64,000 bases of DNA from positions 364,730 to 428,729 of the forward strand of contig CAVVUS010000030.1 in assembly GCA_963751345.1 (NCBI GenBank). The letters are read 5' to 3'. The translations under genes and the position numbers were made by a program. Within the stretch, counting starts at the first letter, position 1. Every line of letters begins with the position of its first letter. Source of the stretch: an uncultured Chloroflexia bacterium. GTDB taxonomy: Bacteria; Chloroflexota; Anaerolineae; B4-G1; SLSP01. Shown in pieces: positions 11,814 to 22,611 of this stretch. The notes below the pieces were generated by a model. The model had not been told where the DNA came from. It did not search any database and was given only the letters and a program-made list of their open reading frames with translations.

Positions 11814-11960
11814 GGATTCTATCCTCCTACAACGTGGTTGAAGTTAAGCTACAGACAACTGGGAAATACTTCGGCATCCAATGGATGGTTCGTTCCGCGA
11901 CTTATCACCCCCCTTCCCGAGCAGATCACAACATCTGACAGTATCGCACGAAGTCACACA

Positions 11961-13106
11961 TTACGCAAGCGGGACGATCTCCATAGGGATCACGATCCGC
12001 TGCGGGTTCAGGTCACTACCTGTGACCATACGCCTGATCAGAGCATTCATACCCTGCTCGCCTAAAGCCTCACCGGATTGCAGAGCGATGATAACCAGTG
12101 ACGCTTGATCACGCCCCAGAAGTCTGTGGCTGACCGCCGCAATGTCAACACCCGGACCCTCTACATCCCCACCTCGGCCCTCAATCACGGCCCGCATCAG
12201 TTCATTCCTGATCCGCATCAAATCGAAATTCATCTGCAAGGCTACGAACTGGTTAATCGCGATCATCGCCGTGATCCGATCGCGACGGAGATGGTCGAAT
12301 AGGCGCAAGTGACTCGATTCGCTCTCGTTTAGCGACACCGGAGAAAGCGCCTCGTATACATCCAAACAGACCAGATCCTCATCATAAATGAGTCCGGCCT
12401 CTTCAAGCGCCCGCTGATAACCTCGTATGCGTCCGCGCACGCTGCTGACCTTGACCTCGTGCCCCGGGAAAATACCAATACGACGATGCCCTCGCTCAAT
12501 CAGGGCCTTTGTGAGGGCATATCCTGCCCCCAAATCGTCGAAGACCACACGGTCCGTGTCAAGCTCCCGATAGTATCGGTCCAATAGAACCAGCGGGAAC
12601 CCTCGGCTCTGCATTTCACGAAAGAGCCCCATATCCGCGAAACGCGACCGGGGGAAGAGCAGTACCCCGCTGACGCCGCCGTCAACGGCATCCCGAATGC
12701 GAAGGCTCTCACGTTCCTCCGACTCCAGCCCGACGATCTCAAGCTGCACGCCCTCGTGCATTGCTACACGGGCCGCACCAATGAGGACCGAGGTCACGTA
12801 GCTATCCGCATACGTGGGCATACAGAAAGCGACCCTGCAGCTCGACTCTTCAGCACCGGGCTCCTCACAACTCGTGACGAAACTCCCACGCCCCTGCTGC
12901 CTATCAATCAGGCGGTCCCGCACCAGCAAATCCAACGCTTTGACAATTGTGATCCGGCTGACGCCGTAGTCCTTGACCAACTGCCGCTCAGATGGCAACG
13001 CATCTCCCGGCCGAAACTCGCCTATTCGTATTCGATCCTGAAGCGACGAATAGACCTGATAATAGCGCGGCAAGGGATCCCGGGGATCAATACTAAATTG
13101 GGCCAT
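11961..13106 (-). CDS. GntR-HTH plus LacI-type sugar-binding domain regulator (AraR-like)
   Basis: LPSERQL...VSRITI...QGRGSFV followed by a periplasmic-binding-protein-like effector domain. Confidence 0.88.
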   Translation of the reverse strand: MAQFSIDPRDPLPRYYQVYSSLQDRIRIGEFRPGDALPSERQLVKDYGVSRITIVKALDLLVRDRLIDRQQGRGSFVTSCEEPGAEESSCRVAFCMPTYADSYVTSVLIGAARVAMHEGVQLEIVGLESEERESLRIRDAVDGGVSGVLLFPRSRFADMGLFREMQSRGFPLVLLDRYYRELDTDRVVFDDLGAGYALTKALIERGHRRIGIFPGHEVKVSSVRGRIRGYQRALEEAGLIYDEDLVCLDVYEALSPVSLNESESSHLRLFDHLRRDRITAMIAINQFVALQMNFDLMRIRNELMRAVIEGRGGDVEGPGVDIAAVSHRLLGRDQASLVIIALQSGEALGEQGMNALIRRMVTGSDLNPQRIVIPMEIVPLA

Positions 13107-13133
13107 TAGGACTTTCTGCGTCGCGATTAGCCA

Positions 13134-13164
13134 TATGGATATATGGACATGTGGATATATCCAG
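13134..13164. promoter_or_regulatory. Candidate operator in the divergent promoter
   Basis: TGGATATAT repeated, including the palindrome TGGATATATCCA, just upstream of the regulator. Confidence 0.35.
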
Positions 13165-13481
13165 TATAGAACAAATCATAGCCCTGTCAAGGACGCCCAC
13201 TCGAGATTCCTACACAAACCACGTTTCGCCTTATGTCCAGATCCTACCACCTTCCCCCAAGTCGGATCGCAGTACTCGATCAGTGTATCTACACTAGGCC
13301 AATCAGACGAAAATCGCCAAACACGGATAATGATTGTTATTATAATAGGATCTTTGTGAGAGAAAAGAGGACAAATATCACATTTATCCGGGATTCCTCG
13401 CCTTGCCCCCCTGGACTAACCGGCCAATTATGGCTATGATGATCTTGGGTGAGCATATCACAAGTTTGTCAAGGAGGCCAC

Positions 13482-14264
13482 ATGCTACCGATCGTCGAAT
13501 TCTGCGGACTTAACGTGACACGCCTGATCCTGGGAGCCAATCCCTTTGGGGGCTATAGCCACCAGAATCCGGAGCGCGACAGGGAAATGCGCACCTACTA
13601 TACGGTAGAACGCATCCAAGAGACCTGGGGCCGGGCCGAAGCCGCAGGCATCACGACGATGATCACGAACAACGAGACCCCACACGTCCTGCAGGCTGTG
13701 CAAGAGTATCTCGGGGCGGGGGGCGCCCTCCAATGGATCGCGCAGGTCAATCTCCGCGAGAAGAACGATATGGTACAAGCCATCGACGAGGTCGTCGAGA
13801 TCGGATGTAAAGCTCTCTACTTCCACGGGGCGCTCGTCGACGATGCCTACCGCCGGCAGGATGCCGCGGTGATTCGCAACTGGTGCGAGTATGCACGCTC
13901 ACGCGGCGTGCCCGCAGGCGTCGCCGGCCATGCACCAGAGGCTCATCTTTGGGCCAACAGCCTGGGCGTCACAGACTTCCACGCTGTCTGTTTCTTCAAC
14001 TGCGGGAGTCTCCACACCGGCGGCGGCGAGAGATTCCGGCTTGCCGACATGATCCGCGCAGTGGATGCAATCCGCCAGATTCAGAAGCCCTGCATCGGCT
14101 ACAAGATCATGGGCGCGGGCCGAATCGACGCGCGCATGGCGTTCGAGTATGCCTTCGAGAACATCAAGCCCACCGATGTGGTCAACGTCGGGATGTATCG
14201 AGGTGACAAGGACGCCATCGTCGAGGAAAACGTCGCCCTGGCAACCGAGATCCTCGGTGCCTGA
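13482..14264 (+). CDS. Hypothetical aldo/keto-reductase-like TIM-barrel protein
   Basis: AAGGAGG RBS; VTRLILGANPF and KPCIGYKIMGAGR resemble AKR-like proteins. Confidence 0.6.
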   Translation: MLPIVEFCGLNVTRLILGANPFGGYSHQNPERDREMRTYYTVERIQETWGRAEAAGITTMITNNETPHVLQAVQEYLGAGGALQWIAQVNLREKNDMVQAIDEVVEIGCKALYFHGALVDDAYRRQDAAVIRNWCEYARSRGVPAGVAGHAPEAHLWANSLGVTDFHAVCFFNCGSLHTGGGERFRLADMIRAVDAIRQIQKPCIGYKIMGAGRIDARMAFEYAFENIKPTDVVNVGMYRGDKDAIVEENVALATEILGA

Positions 14265-14282
14265 GCGCTGCCGCACTGCCCG

Positions 14283-14877
14283 TCAAGCGGGAATGGCACG
14301 CCACGCAGCCTGAACCTGGGCCAGTGTCTCGGCCAAGGAGCCGCCGGTGTCAATGACGACGTCGGCACGGGAGAGCTTATCGGCCTGAGGAGGCTGCGCG
14401 CCGATCCGCTGCAGCGCATCGGCGCGGCTCAACTTGCGGAGACGGACCAGGCGCTCAAGCTGTGTGGCTTCGGAGCACGTGGTGACCCAGATGGCATCGT
14501 AGTCCTCGGCCATCCCGCTCTCCAGGAGCTTGATCGCCTCCACCACGATGACCCGGGCCTGGGATGAAGCGATGATCCGGTCCACGGTCCGGATCACAGC
14601 GGGATGGACCAGCGACTCCAGGCGCCCGAGCGCCAGCGGATCAGAGAAAACGATGGCCCCCAACGCCTTTCGGTCGATGGTGCCATCGGAGCTTCAGAAT
14701 CTCAGGGCCAAACGCCTCGAGAACAGGGCCATACGCGCTGCCGTCCGGAGACATGACGGCATGTGCAACTTCGTCGGCGTCGATCCGTTCTGCTCCCAGA
14801 TCCGCCAGCATTCGCCCGACCGTCGATTTGCCGGTGGCGATATTCCCCGTGAGCCCAATGCGGTAAGGAATCGCCAT
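14283..14877 (-). CDS. coaE: Dephospho-CoA kinase (frameshift near 14695)
   Basis: IGLTGNIATGKST, IDAD, LESLVHP, ADVVIDT. Confidence 0.9.
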
Positions 14878-16790
14878 CAGGTCGTTGCCAGAGGCGTGTC
14901 GGCGACCTGCGCCCACTCCTCGAGGAGCTGATTGACCCGCACCTCGGTCTGGCGATACTCGGCGCCCAGCTTCGCCACCCTAGAGACATCCTGGTCGCGT
15001 CCGGCTGCATCCAGCGCGTAGGTTAGCGTCTGCAGATGCCCCTCAAGGCGGTGGATCTCCTCCTCCAGCTCGACCAAATGCTCCTGCTGACGAGCCAGGA
15101 CCCGCTCGCGCTCACGACGGGCCCGCCGCTCGGCCTCTCGTTGCGCGCGGGCCTCCTCATCGACCTGTTTGGCCCTACGAGGGGCATCTCGCCACATTTG
15201 GTGCCAAGCCTGATAGGGCTCGTAGCCTTCCTCAAAAACGTGGAGGATACCATCCCCGATCGCCCACACTTTTGTGGCTATCTCGCGGATCAGATACCGA
15301 TCGTGGCTGACCATCAGGATCGTTCCGTCAAATCCGAGCAGCACTTGCTGAAGCACCTCCTGAGAGGTGATATCCAAGTGGTTCGTCGGCTCATCCAGGA
15401 GCAGGAAGTTCGCCTTGGCCAGCGAGAGAATGGCAATAGCTACCCGCGCGCGCTCGCCGCCGGAAAGAACGGCGACATCTTTGAAAACATCATCGCCGCG
15501 AAACCCGTAGCGGGCCAGAAAGCTGCGTGTCTCGGCAATCGATCCCATCCCCGCGTCGAGCAGCGTATCGAGAACCGACCGGCCTCCCACAAGATGGTCC
15601 TGAACCTGCGCGAAGTAGCCGACACGGACCGCGGCCCCCAGGCGGACGCGACCTTCCAGTGGGCGCAGCCGGCGCAAGATCGTCCGCAAGAGCGTCGTCT
15701 TGCCCGTACCATTGGGGCCTACGAGGGCCACGCGCTGCCCTCGCCGAATCTCCGCCTCGGCGACCTGCACCAACGATTTGCCCTGCTCGTACCCGACCTC
15801 CAGGTCATAGAGCCCAAGGACGAGGTCTCCGCTGCGCAGCGTGGTCTGGAGGTTCACGTGAATCCGCTGTTCCTCAACCGGACGCTCCAGGCGCTCCTCA
15901 CGTTCCAGACGTTTCAGCCGTCCCTTGGCCTCGGCGGAGCGCTGACCTGCCATATAGCGTCGTATATAGGCCTCGGTCTCCTGGGTATGACGTTGCTGCG
16001 CCTCATACTCCGCCTCCTGCCTCGCCCGGCGACCGGCTCGCTGCATCGTGTAGGCACTGTAGTTCCCCGTATAGGTCTCCAGCTTCCCCTGGGCCATCTC
16101 GACGACCCGCGTCGCAATCGCATCGAGAAAGGCTCGATCGTGCGCGACCACGATCATCCCACCGCGCCAGGCCTTCAGTTGATCCTCCAGCCACTCAATC
16201 CCCTCGAGATCAAGGTGATTGGTCGGCTCGTCGAGCAGCAGGATGTCCGGCTCCTCAAGCAGGAGTCGGCCCAGGAGAGCACGCGTCTTCTCACCGCCGC
16301 TGAGATAGGCCACCGGCTGGTGGAATTCCTGCTCCGTAAAGCCCAGCCCACCCAATACCTGGCCAATCCGCGCTTCGTAGGTGAAGCCCCCGGCTCGCTC
16401 AAACGCTTCGAGTTCCCTGCCGTATCGCTCGATCGCTCGCTCTCGCTCCTCCTCATCGGGCGAGGCCATCAAGGCCTCGAGATGTCTGAGCTGGGCTTGT
16501 CTGGCCTTCAGACCCACAAAGACAGCCTCCATCGCCTCCCACAGCGTTCCCTCCCCCGAGAAGTCGGGGTCCTGGGGGAGATATCCCAGCCGGCTATCGC
16601 GGGTTCGACTCACCTCACCGCCCTCGGGCTCCAGTTGCCCCGCGATCACGTTCAGGAGTGTGCTCTTCCCACACCCATTGGCGCCAACAAGTGCAAGGTG
16701 TTCGCCGGCGTGAAGATCGAGGGAGATATCGGCGAAGATGTCGTCGGCACCGAAGTATTTTGTCAAATGAGAAACTGAGAGTAATGCCAT
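14877..16790 (-). CDS. ABC-F family ATPase
   Basis: Two NBDs (GANGCGKS, GPNGTGKT), LSGGE twice, LLLDEPTNHLD twice, C-terminal coiled coil. Confidence 0.93.
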   Translation of the reverse strand: MALLSVSHLTKYFGADDIFADISLDLHAGEHLALVGANGCGKSTLLNVIAGQLEPEGGEVSRTRDSRLGYLPQDPDFSGEGTLWEAMEAVFVGLKARQAQLRHLEALMASPDEEERERAIERYGRELEAFERAGGFTYEARIGQVLGGLGFTEQEFHQPVAYLSGGEKTRALLGRLLLEEPDILLLDEPTNHLDLEGIEWLEDQLKAWRGGMIVVAHDRAFLDAIATRVVEMAQGKLETYTGNYSAYTMQRAGRRARQEAEYEAQQRHTQETEAYIRRYMAGQRSAEAKGRLKRLEREERLERPVEEQRIHVNLQTTLRSGDLVLGLYDLEVGYEQGKSLVQVAEAEIRRGQRVALVGPNGTGKTTLLRTILRRLRPLEGRVRLGAAVRVGYFAQVQDHLVGGRSVLDTLLDAGMGSIAETRSFLARYGFRGDDVFKDVAVLSGGERARVAIAILSLAKANFLLLDEPTNHLDITSQEVLQQVLLGFDGTILMVSHDRYLIREIATKVWAIGDGILHVFEEGYEPYQAWHQMWRDAPRRAKQVDEEARAQREAERRARRERERVLARQQEHLVELEEEIHRLEGHLQTLTYALDAAGRDQDVSRVAKLGAEYRQTEVRVNQLLEEWAQVADTPLATT

Positions 16791-16905
16791 AGTAGTGAGA
16801 TTATACCAGACTTCAGGCACCTCAATCTCGCAACAAACGTTGCGACCCGCGCAAGCCAACAATCGACTACAATGGGGAAGACCCGCAGCCCAAGATGAGG
16901 AGCCC

Positions 16906-17874
16906 ATGATGAACGTCGTTACCGTAACGATGAACCCAGCCCTGGACCAGACTGTGAGCGTCGACAATTTCCGACTCAGCACCATCAATCGCGGGCAGGC
17001 CATGCAGGTCGACCCCGGCGGAAAAGGGGTCAACGTGGCATCCTTTCTCGCCGATGCCGGCTATGCCGCGACCGTCACGGGCTTCTTGGGAGAGGACAAC
17101 CCCGAGCTTTTCGAGCGGCTGTGCGACCAGAAAGGGATGGTGGACGCCTTTGTGCGAATCCCGGGCCGCACACGTACGGGGATCAAGATCGTGGATCCGG
17201 CTCAACGGCAGACCACGGATATCAATATGCCCGGAACGCCGCCGCCGCAGGCGAAAATCGCCGCCCTTCGAGCTATCCTCGAAACCCTGGCATCGCACTG
17301 CGACTGGTTTGTCCTCTCCGGCAGCCTGCCGCCGGGGCTCCCAGCGGACATCTATGCGTCCCTCATCACAAGGCTGAACGCACTGGGGAAGCGCGTGGTC
17401 CTGGATACAAGCGGCCAGCCACTCCGCGAAGGCGTGCGCGCCGGGCCCACGATCGCCAAGCCCAATGTCGACGAACTGCAGCAGCTCGTCGAGCATCGCC
17501 TGGAGACGTATTCTGAGATTGAGCGGGCAGGTCGGCGCCTCCTCGATTACGGCATCCTGCTGGTCGTCGTCTCAATGGGTGCTCGGGGCGCCATTTTCAT
17601 CGACGCCCACCGGTCGCTTCTCGCGACGCCCCCGCGCGTTGCTGACGTGAGCAGCGTGGGTGCCGGCGATGCCATGGTTGCGGGACTTGTGGCAGGGCAA
17701 ATCCGCGGGCTGGAGCTGGCGGCGTGCGCGCGGCTGGCGACGGCCTACTCCGTAGGGGCCATCACGCGTATCGGGGCCCACCTCCCCCCGCCCGAGCAAG
17801 TCGAAGCCTATCGGACAGGGGTGACCCTTGAGCTCCTGCTCAGTGTTGACCCTGTTTCCACGGGTGATTCTTGA
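16906..17874 (+). CDS. pfkB: 1-phosphofructokinase family hexose kinase
   Basis: TVTMNPALD, PGGKGVNVA, KPNVDEL, VGAGDAMVAG. Confidence 0.88.
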   Translation: MMNVVTVTMNPALDQTVSVDNFRLSTINRGQAMQVDPGGKGVNVASFLADAGYAATVTGFLGEDNPELFERLCDQKGMVDAFVRIPGRTRTGIKIVDPAQRQTTDINMPGTPPPQAKIAALRAILETLASHCDWFVLSGSLPPGLPADIYASLITRLNALGKRVVLDTSGQPLREGVRAGPTIAKPNVDELQQLVEHRLETYSEIERAGRRLLDYGILLVVVSMGARGAIFIDAHRSLLATPPRVADVSSVGAGDAMVAGLVAGQIRGLELAACARLATAYSVGAITRIGAHLPPPEQVEAYRTGVTLELLLSVDPVSTGDS

Positions 17875-17948
17875 TGGGACCATGGTACCAGCTATAATGA
17901 ACGCAGATCCCCCCTCCTTATCAAGGGGGACGACCAAGTTGGAGAACT

Positions 17949-19979
17949 GTGAGTAGCGTCCGCTTTCTAATCGGCAAAACCCTAGGCAAATACGAGATCC
18001 TTGAGCACATCGGCCATGGCGGCATGTCGGAGGTGTACAAGGGCCAGCAGGCCCAACTCGACCGCATGGTGGCCATTAAAGTGCTGCACCCATTCCTGGC
18101 GGATGATCAAGGGTTTGTGGTTCGCTTCCAGCGTGAGGCCCGCATCGTGGCCACGATGCGCCATCCCAACATCGTCCAGGTCTACGACTTCGATTACAAC
18201 GAGCCGTTGGCCCTCTACTATATGGTCATGGAGTATATCGAGGGGCCAACGCTAAAGGACCGGCTGCAGGAAGGTCCGCTGAGCTGTGAGCAGGTCATTC
18301 ACATCGGTGCGGCGGTTGCGGGTGCCCTTGACTACGCTCACCAGCGGGCCATGGTTCATCGTGACATCAAGCCCGCGAATATCATGTTTCTCAGCGAGGC
18401 CGAACCCGTCCTCACCGACTTTGGCATCGCGAGGATGCTGACGCTTTCCGGCCTGACGGCAAGCGGCGCAATGGTGGGAACGCCGGCCTACATGGCGCCT
18501 GAGATCGGCAAGGGTAAGGCCGGAACCGCCTCCTCCGATATCTACTCCCTGAGTGTGGTGCTTTACGAAGCGATAACCGGGCAGCTTCCCTTCTCCGCAG
18601 AATCGCCGATGGGGATGGTGATGGAGCACATCAACACGCCTCCTCCTCGCCCACGCCTCCTCGCGCCCTCGATTCCGGCCGCACTCGAGGAGATCATCGT
18701 CCGGGGGCTCGAGAAAGAGCCGGAGGATCGATTCAGCAGCGCCGGGGAAATGGCCGACGCCCTTCGTCTCGCGCTGGATTTGGGTGAAGAGAGCCCCTTT
18801 GTCCGGCCGCTCAGCAGCGTCGTTGCCTCGGCGGGCCAGGGGCTCAGTCTCCCACAGGATGACGGTCTCAAGGACGGGACGCCACCACCCGAGCCCGGAG
18901 GCGCTGAGGAGGGGACGCCCGCTTCGACGGGGGTTGAAGGGAACGCCGGAGAGGAGCGGTTGGCCGAACTCCAGGAGATGTCGACCGCCAGCCAGACGGA
19001 TGCCGGGATGATCGCGCCCCCCCAGCCGGAGCGAAAGCTTCCGGCATCACGGTGGCGGATCGGGTGGCTGCGCTTGAGCTTGCTCGCGCTCCTGGCCTCT
19101 GTCATAGGCGGCGGCATCTGGCTTATGGCCGGTGATGGTTCCCCGATGGCCCTACAGGGTCTCCACTCTCCGGCCTCTGTCGACGCAGTGACGGCGAGTC
19201 CGTTACCTTCCGCCCCAATCTCCAGCCCAACGCGCACTCCGTCTCCGTCGGTAACACCGCGCGTGACGCCACTCGGCAATGTCGTGCCAACGCCGACCGC
19301 GACCCCGGTCTGCACATTGCGCGTCCACCAGGACCGCGTCCGGATAGAGCCCGATCCGATCGTCGCCCCCGGCACGCCGCTCATAGCCTACATCGCACTA
19401 GACAACAGCGGCAACTGTGCCTGGCCAAGCGGCGCGGGCTTGGTCTTCTCGGGGGGCCACTCCCTCGGTGCCCCCGAGGCCTTCAGCGTCACATCGCTGG
19501 CACCGGGCGCCACGGTGCAGATCCTCGTTCCGATGACGGCGCCGGAGGAAACCGGGGTCTACTCGTCGACCTGGGAGATGCACCAGGAAGATGGAAGCCC
19601 CTTTGGCAGCCGCATCGTGCTGCAGATCACGGTCGACGACATCGTAACCCTAACGCCCACCTCGACACCCGACATTGCTCCTGAGATTGCCACACCGGAG
19701 CCTTTGGCCCTGGCGGATGTAGAACTCCTGGAGTGGCAGGACGATCCGGACTCGGGTCAGTGGTCCGGCGTCGCACGGGTCCAGGCGACGGGAGGCACGG
19801 GGACCTACAGATACTATCGAGATGAGGTCAGCGAAACCACACAACTCCCGGCGGGAGAGCTGACGTTCGAGTGGCGACGATGCCAATCGGTCCCACTCAA
19901 GATCTGGGTGCTCTCAGGGGATGAGGTTCTCGACTGGCAGGGCGAGATCCCATACCCGGACCCGGACACCTGCAACTGA
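17949..19979 (+). CDS. Transmembrane Hanks-type Ser/Thr protein kinase with extracellular NBR1-Ig-like domain and a C-terminal Cys-containing domain
   Basis: GHGGMS, VAIK, HRDIKPAN, DFG, APE; TM helix; NSGNCAWP...YSSTWEM...FG Ig-like domain. Confidence 0.9.
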   Translation: MSSVRFLIGKTLGKYEILEHIGHGGMSEVYKGQQAQLDRMVAIKVLHPFLADDQGFVVRFQREARIVATMRHPNIVQVYDFDYNEPLALYYMVMEYIEGPTLKDRLQEGPLSCEQVIHIGAAVAGALDYAHQRAMVHRDIKPANIMFLSEAEPVLTDFGIARMLTLSGLTASGAMVGTPAYMAPEIGKGKAGTASSDIYSLSVVLYEAITGQLPFSAESPMGMVMEHINTPPPRPRLLAPSIPAALEEIIVRGLEKEPEDRFSSAGEMADALRLALDLGEESPFVRPLSSVVASAGQGLSLPQDDGLKDGTPPPEPGGAEEGTPASTGVEGNAGEERLAELQEMSTASQTDAGMIAPPQPERKLPASRWRIGWLRLSLLALLASVIGGGIWLMAGDGSPMALQGLHSPASVDAVTASPLPSAPISSPTRTPSPSVTPRVTPLGNVVPTPTATPVCTLRVHQDRVRIEPDPIVAPGTPLIAYIALDNSGNCAWPSGAGLVFSGGHSLGAPEAFSVTSLAPGATVQILVPMTAPEETGVYSSTWEMHQEDGSPFGSRIVLQITVDDIVTLTPTSTPDIAPEIATPEPLALADVELLEWQDDPDSGQWSGVARVQATGGTGTYRYYRDEVSETTQLPAGELTFEWRRCQSVPLKIWVLSGDEVLDWQGEIPYPDPDTCN

Positions 19980-20026
19980 GGTATGACTCGGCCCGCACAG
20001 TATTGAGAGACGCGGAGGAGGGCGGG

Positions 20027-20653
20027 ATGAACCGTGAGTCTATGGTGCAACTGATCAGGCGTCGAGGCGTGAAGGACGAGCGGGTCCTCCAGGCCATGGC
20101 GCGGGTGCCACGCGAAGTCTTCGTGGAGGGCACCACCGACAGAGCCTATGGCGATTTTGCCCTGCCCATCGGTTACGAACAGACTATCTCACAGCCCTAC
20201 ATCGTCGCGCTGATGAGCGAGGCCCTGGAGCTACAGCCCGGCGATCGTGTGTTGGAGATCGGCACAGGCTCAGGGTATCAGGCGGCCATCCTGGCGGAGA
20301 TGGGGATGGAGGTCTACACCGTCGAACGCATCCCGGAGCTGCAGGAAGTGGCCCGGAGACGGCTCGAGGCGCTGGGCTACGAGGTGCACACCAAGCAGGC
20401 CGACGGCTACGATGGCTGGAAGGCATTTGCGCCTTACGAGGGCATCATCGTCACGGCTGCCGCGCCTGAGATTCCGCAGCCATTGGTCGATCAACTGGCC
20501 GAAGGTGGGCGCATGGTTATCCCCGTCGGCCAGAGTGGCACCTACCAGGTCCTGTGGAAGGTCGTCGTGGAGAATGGCGAGATGCGCAAGATCAATTTGG
20601 GCGGTGTGGCCTTCGTCCCCTTTGTGTCGGAGGAGTTGGGGACATACCCCTAG
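20027..20653 (+). CDS. pcm: Protein-L-isoaspartate O-methyltransferase
   Basis: QTISQP, VLEIGTGSGYQ, APYEGIIVTAA, FVP. Confidence 0.95.
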   Translation: MNRESMVQLIRRRGVKDERVLQAMARVPREVFVEGTTDRAYGDFALPIGYEQTISQPYIVALMSEALELQPGDRVLEIGTGSGYQAAILAEMGMEVYTVERIPELQEVARRRLEALGYEVHTKQADGYDGWKAFAPYEGIIVTAAAPEIPQPLVDQLAEGGRMVIPVGQSGTYQVLWKVVVENGEMRKINLGGVAFVPFVSEELGTYP

Positions 20654-20718
20654 CCCAGGTCGATCAGGAAGATCGGGGGCGTCCCCGGGCTCAGCCGTCA
20701 GAACCGCTGAAGCGATTA

Positions 20719-21494
20719 CTACGAACCTTCCCTGAACAGGGTCAGCAGACGTTTGCCCGGGATTTGGCGGAATGTGGCGCCCTGGCTCACGGCCGTCAGG
20801 GCTTTTGCGGGATCGACGATCCGGGTGCCCGACACGGCGTCCACACCGACCGCGAACAAGGCGGAGGAGAGGGGCGTCGTCGCCCCCAACACGACCACAT
20901 AGGCGTCGGGACGACAAAGATCGATGAGCCCGTCGAACGTGCCATTGAGCAGCGAGGTCCCGGTCATGGCGACTACGTCCGATTCCGGCAGCACTTGCGA
21001 AGCCTCTTCAGCGGGCAGATCCCCGGTGCCCGGGTTCAGTTCGAGGACCCAGAGCGTGCCGGCGACCTCTCGCAGGCGCGGCACAAAGGGGAAATGGCCG
21101 ACAACCGCAACCTTCTTTCCTGCACCACGCTCGGCGATCACATCGGCCGCGTTGAGCTCAACACACGCCGTCTCATCGACATCAAGCAGAGCATTGATAG
21201 CTGCCAGTCCCACGCCGGCTTCGAGGACGCTGATCACTCTCCGCCATCTGCACGAGGTCAACGGCGGCAAGCTCGAGAAGACGCCCTGCCTGCTTCACGG
21301 GAGGGCCACCGCCATGATGGTGGTTGCTCCATCCGCCCGACAGCGTTGAGGCGATGCCGGCGCACAACGTGCTTTCCCCCTCCACCTGCATACCGACGAA
21401 GGTCCAGTGGGCCCCGACGCACACCTGTACCGGCCTCGCCCGGATCGCCCGCGACCGGACCTCGAGCTGCAGTTCCTTGATGATGATGGGTCAT
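20719..21494 (-). CDS. DUF364 / Rossmann-like domain protein (frameshifted)
   Basis: GLAAINAL, KVAVVGHFP, TGTSLLNGT, LGATTPL. Confidence 0.75.
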
Positions 21495-21652
21495 TCAGTG
21501 ACTCCCGTGGGGAACGTTGATGCGTTGACACGTTTGAACGTTGGCACGTTATAACGTTCAAACGCGCCATCGCTTGTCTTTTCGATGCCGACCATTATAA
21601 TCCCCCGATATGAAACGCCTAGCCATCTCTGCATCTCGGTGAGGGCGGCTTG

Positions 21653-22516
21653 ATGCAAAAGCCGTTCTCGCCCCTTGTAAAATGGCTGGGGATCGGGCTG
21701 GCCCTGGCAGGGATTGCTGCCTTCCTCATTGCTACGCCAGGTGGGTTCCTGCGTAAGACCGACTACATTGCGGCAGCCGTCTGCCATCGCCGGCCGAGCC
21801 ACTCTTTTTCCATCGCCGGGGAGCAGCTTCCCCTGTGCGAGCGGTGCACGGGAACATTTCCCGGCGCCCTGACGGGGCTCCTGGTGCAATGGGGTATCTG
21901 GCGGCGACGGCGCTCCCTCTCCTTCCCGCGATGGCCGTTCTTCATCCCGGTTTTCCTCTTTGCTGCCTTCTGGGCTCTGGATGGCGTCAACTCCACCACG
22001 AGCGACGGGCAGTTCTACGATATCGTCCAGCAGTTCAGCTCTCGCCCCGCCGGCGTCGGCATCCTGGGATACGCGCCGCAGCCGTGGTTAAGGCTGCTTT
22101 CGGGGGCGCTGATGGGTATGTCGATGAGCGTCGTCCTGGTGCCGGCTTTCAACCAATCGCTATGGCACGATGGTGAAGAGACCACGACCGTGCGCACCTG
22201 GCACGAGATGGGACTCCTGCTGGCGATCGAGTTGGCGATGGCAGGGCTGATCTATCTCCTGGAGCCCCTTCCCTCTCGCGTCGCCCTGTATGCGGTCTCG
22301 GCCTACAGCGCCCTGGGTGTCCTGGCGATGTTCACGCTCCTGGGTGCGATGATGTTTGTCCTGATCTCTCACCGGGACGCTACGGTCAGCGGCTGGCGGA
22401 ATGCGTGGGTGCCCCTGGTCTGGGGCGTCGTCTTCGCGCTTCTCATTGTCACGGTGATGGACTCGGCGCGGTTGTGGCTAACCGGCACCATTGATGGCAT
22501 ACCAGGGTTGGACTAG
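21653..22516 (+). CDS. DUF2085 family membrane protein
   Basis: VCHRRPSHS...QLPLCERCTG motif plus TM helices. Confidence 0.75.
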   Translation: MQKPFSPLVKWLGIGLALAGIAAFLIATPGGFLRKTDYIAAAVCHRRPSHSFSIAGEQLPLCERCTGTFPGALTGLLVQWGIWRRRRSLSFPRWPFFIPVFLFAAFWALDGVNSTTSDGQFYDIVQQFSSRPAGVGILGYAPQPWLRLLSGALMGMSMSVVLVPAFNQSLWHDGEETTTVRTWHEMGLLLAIELAMAGLIYLLEPLPSRVALYAVSAYSALGVLAMFTLLGAMMFVLISHRDATVSGWRNAWVPLVWGVVFALLIVTVMDSARLWLTGTIDGIPGLD

Positions 22517-22611
22517 TGGTATAGTAGGGTCTGTCGGATAGGAGGACTCAACGTCCTCTGTTCTCATTGGCCGAGCTTGCATTTATTCATTAGCCAGGGG
22601 GAGGAAAGAGA

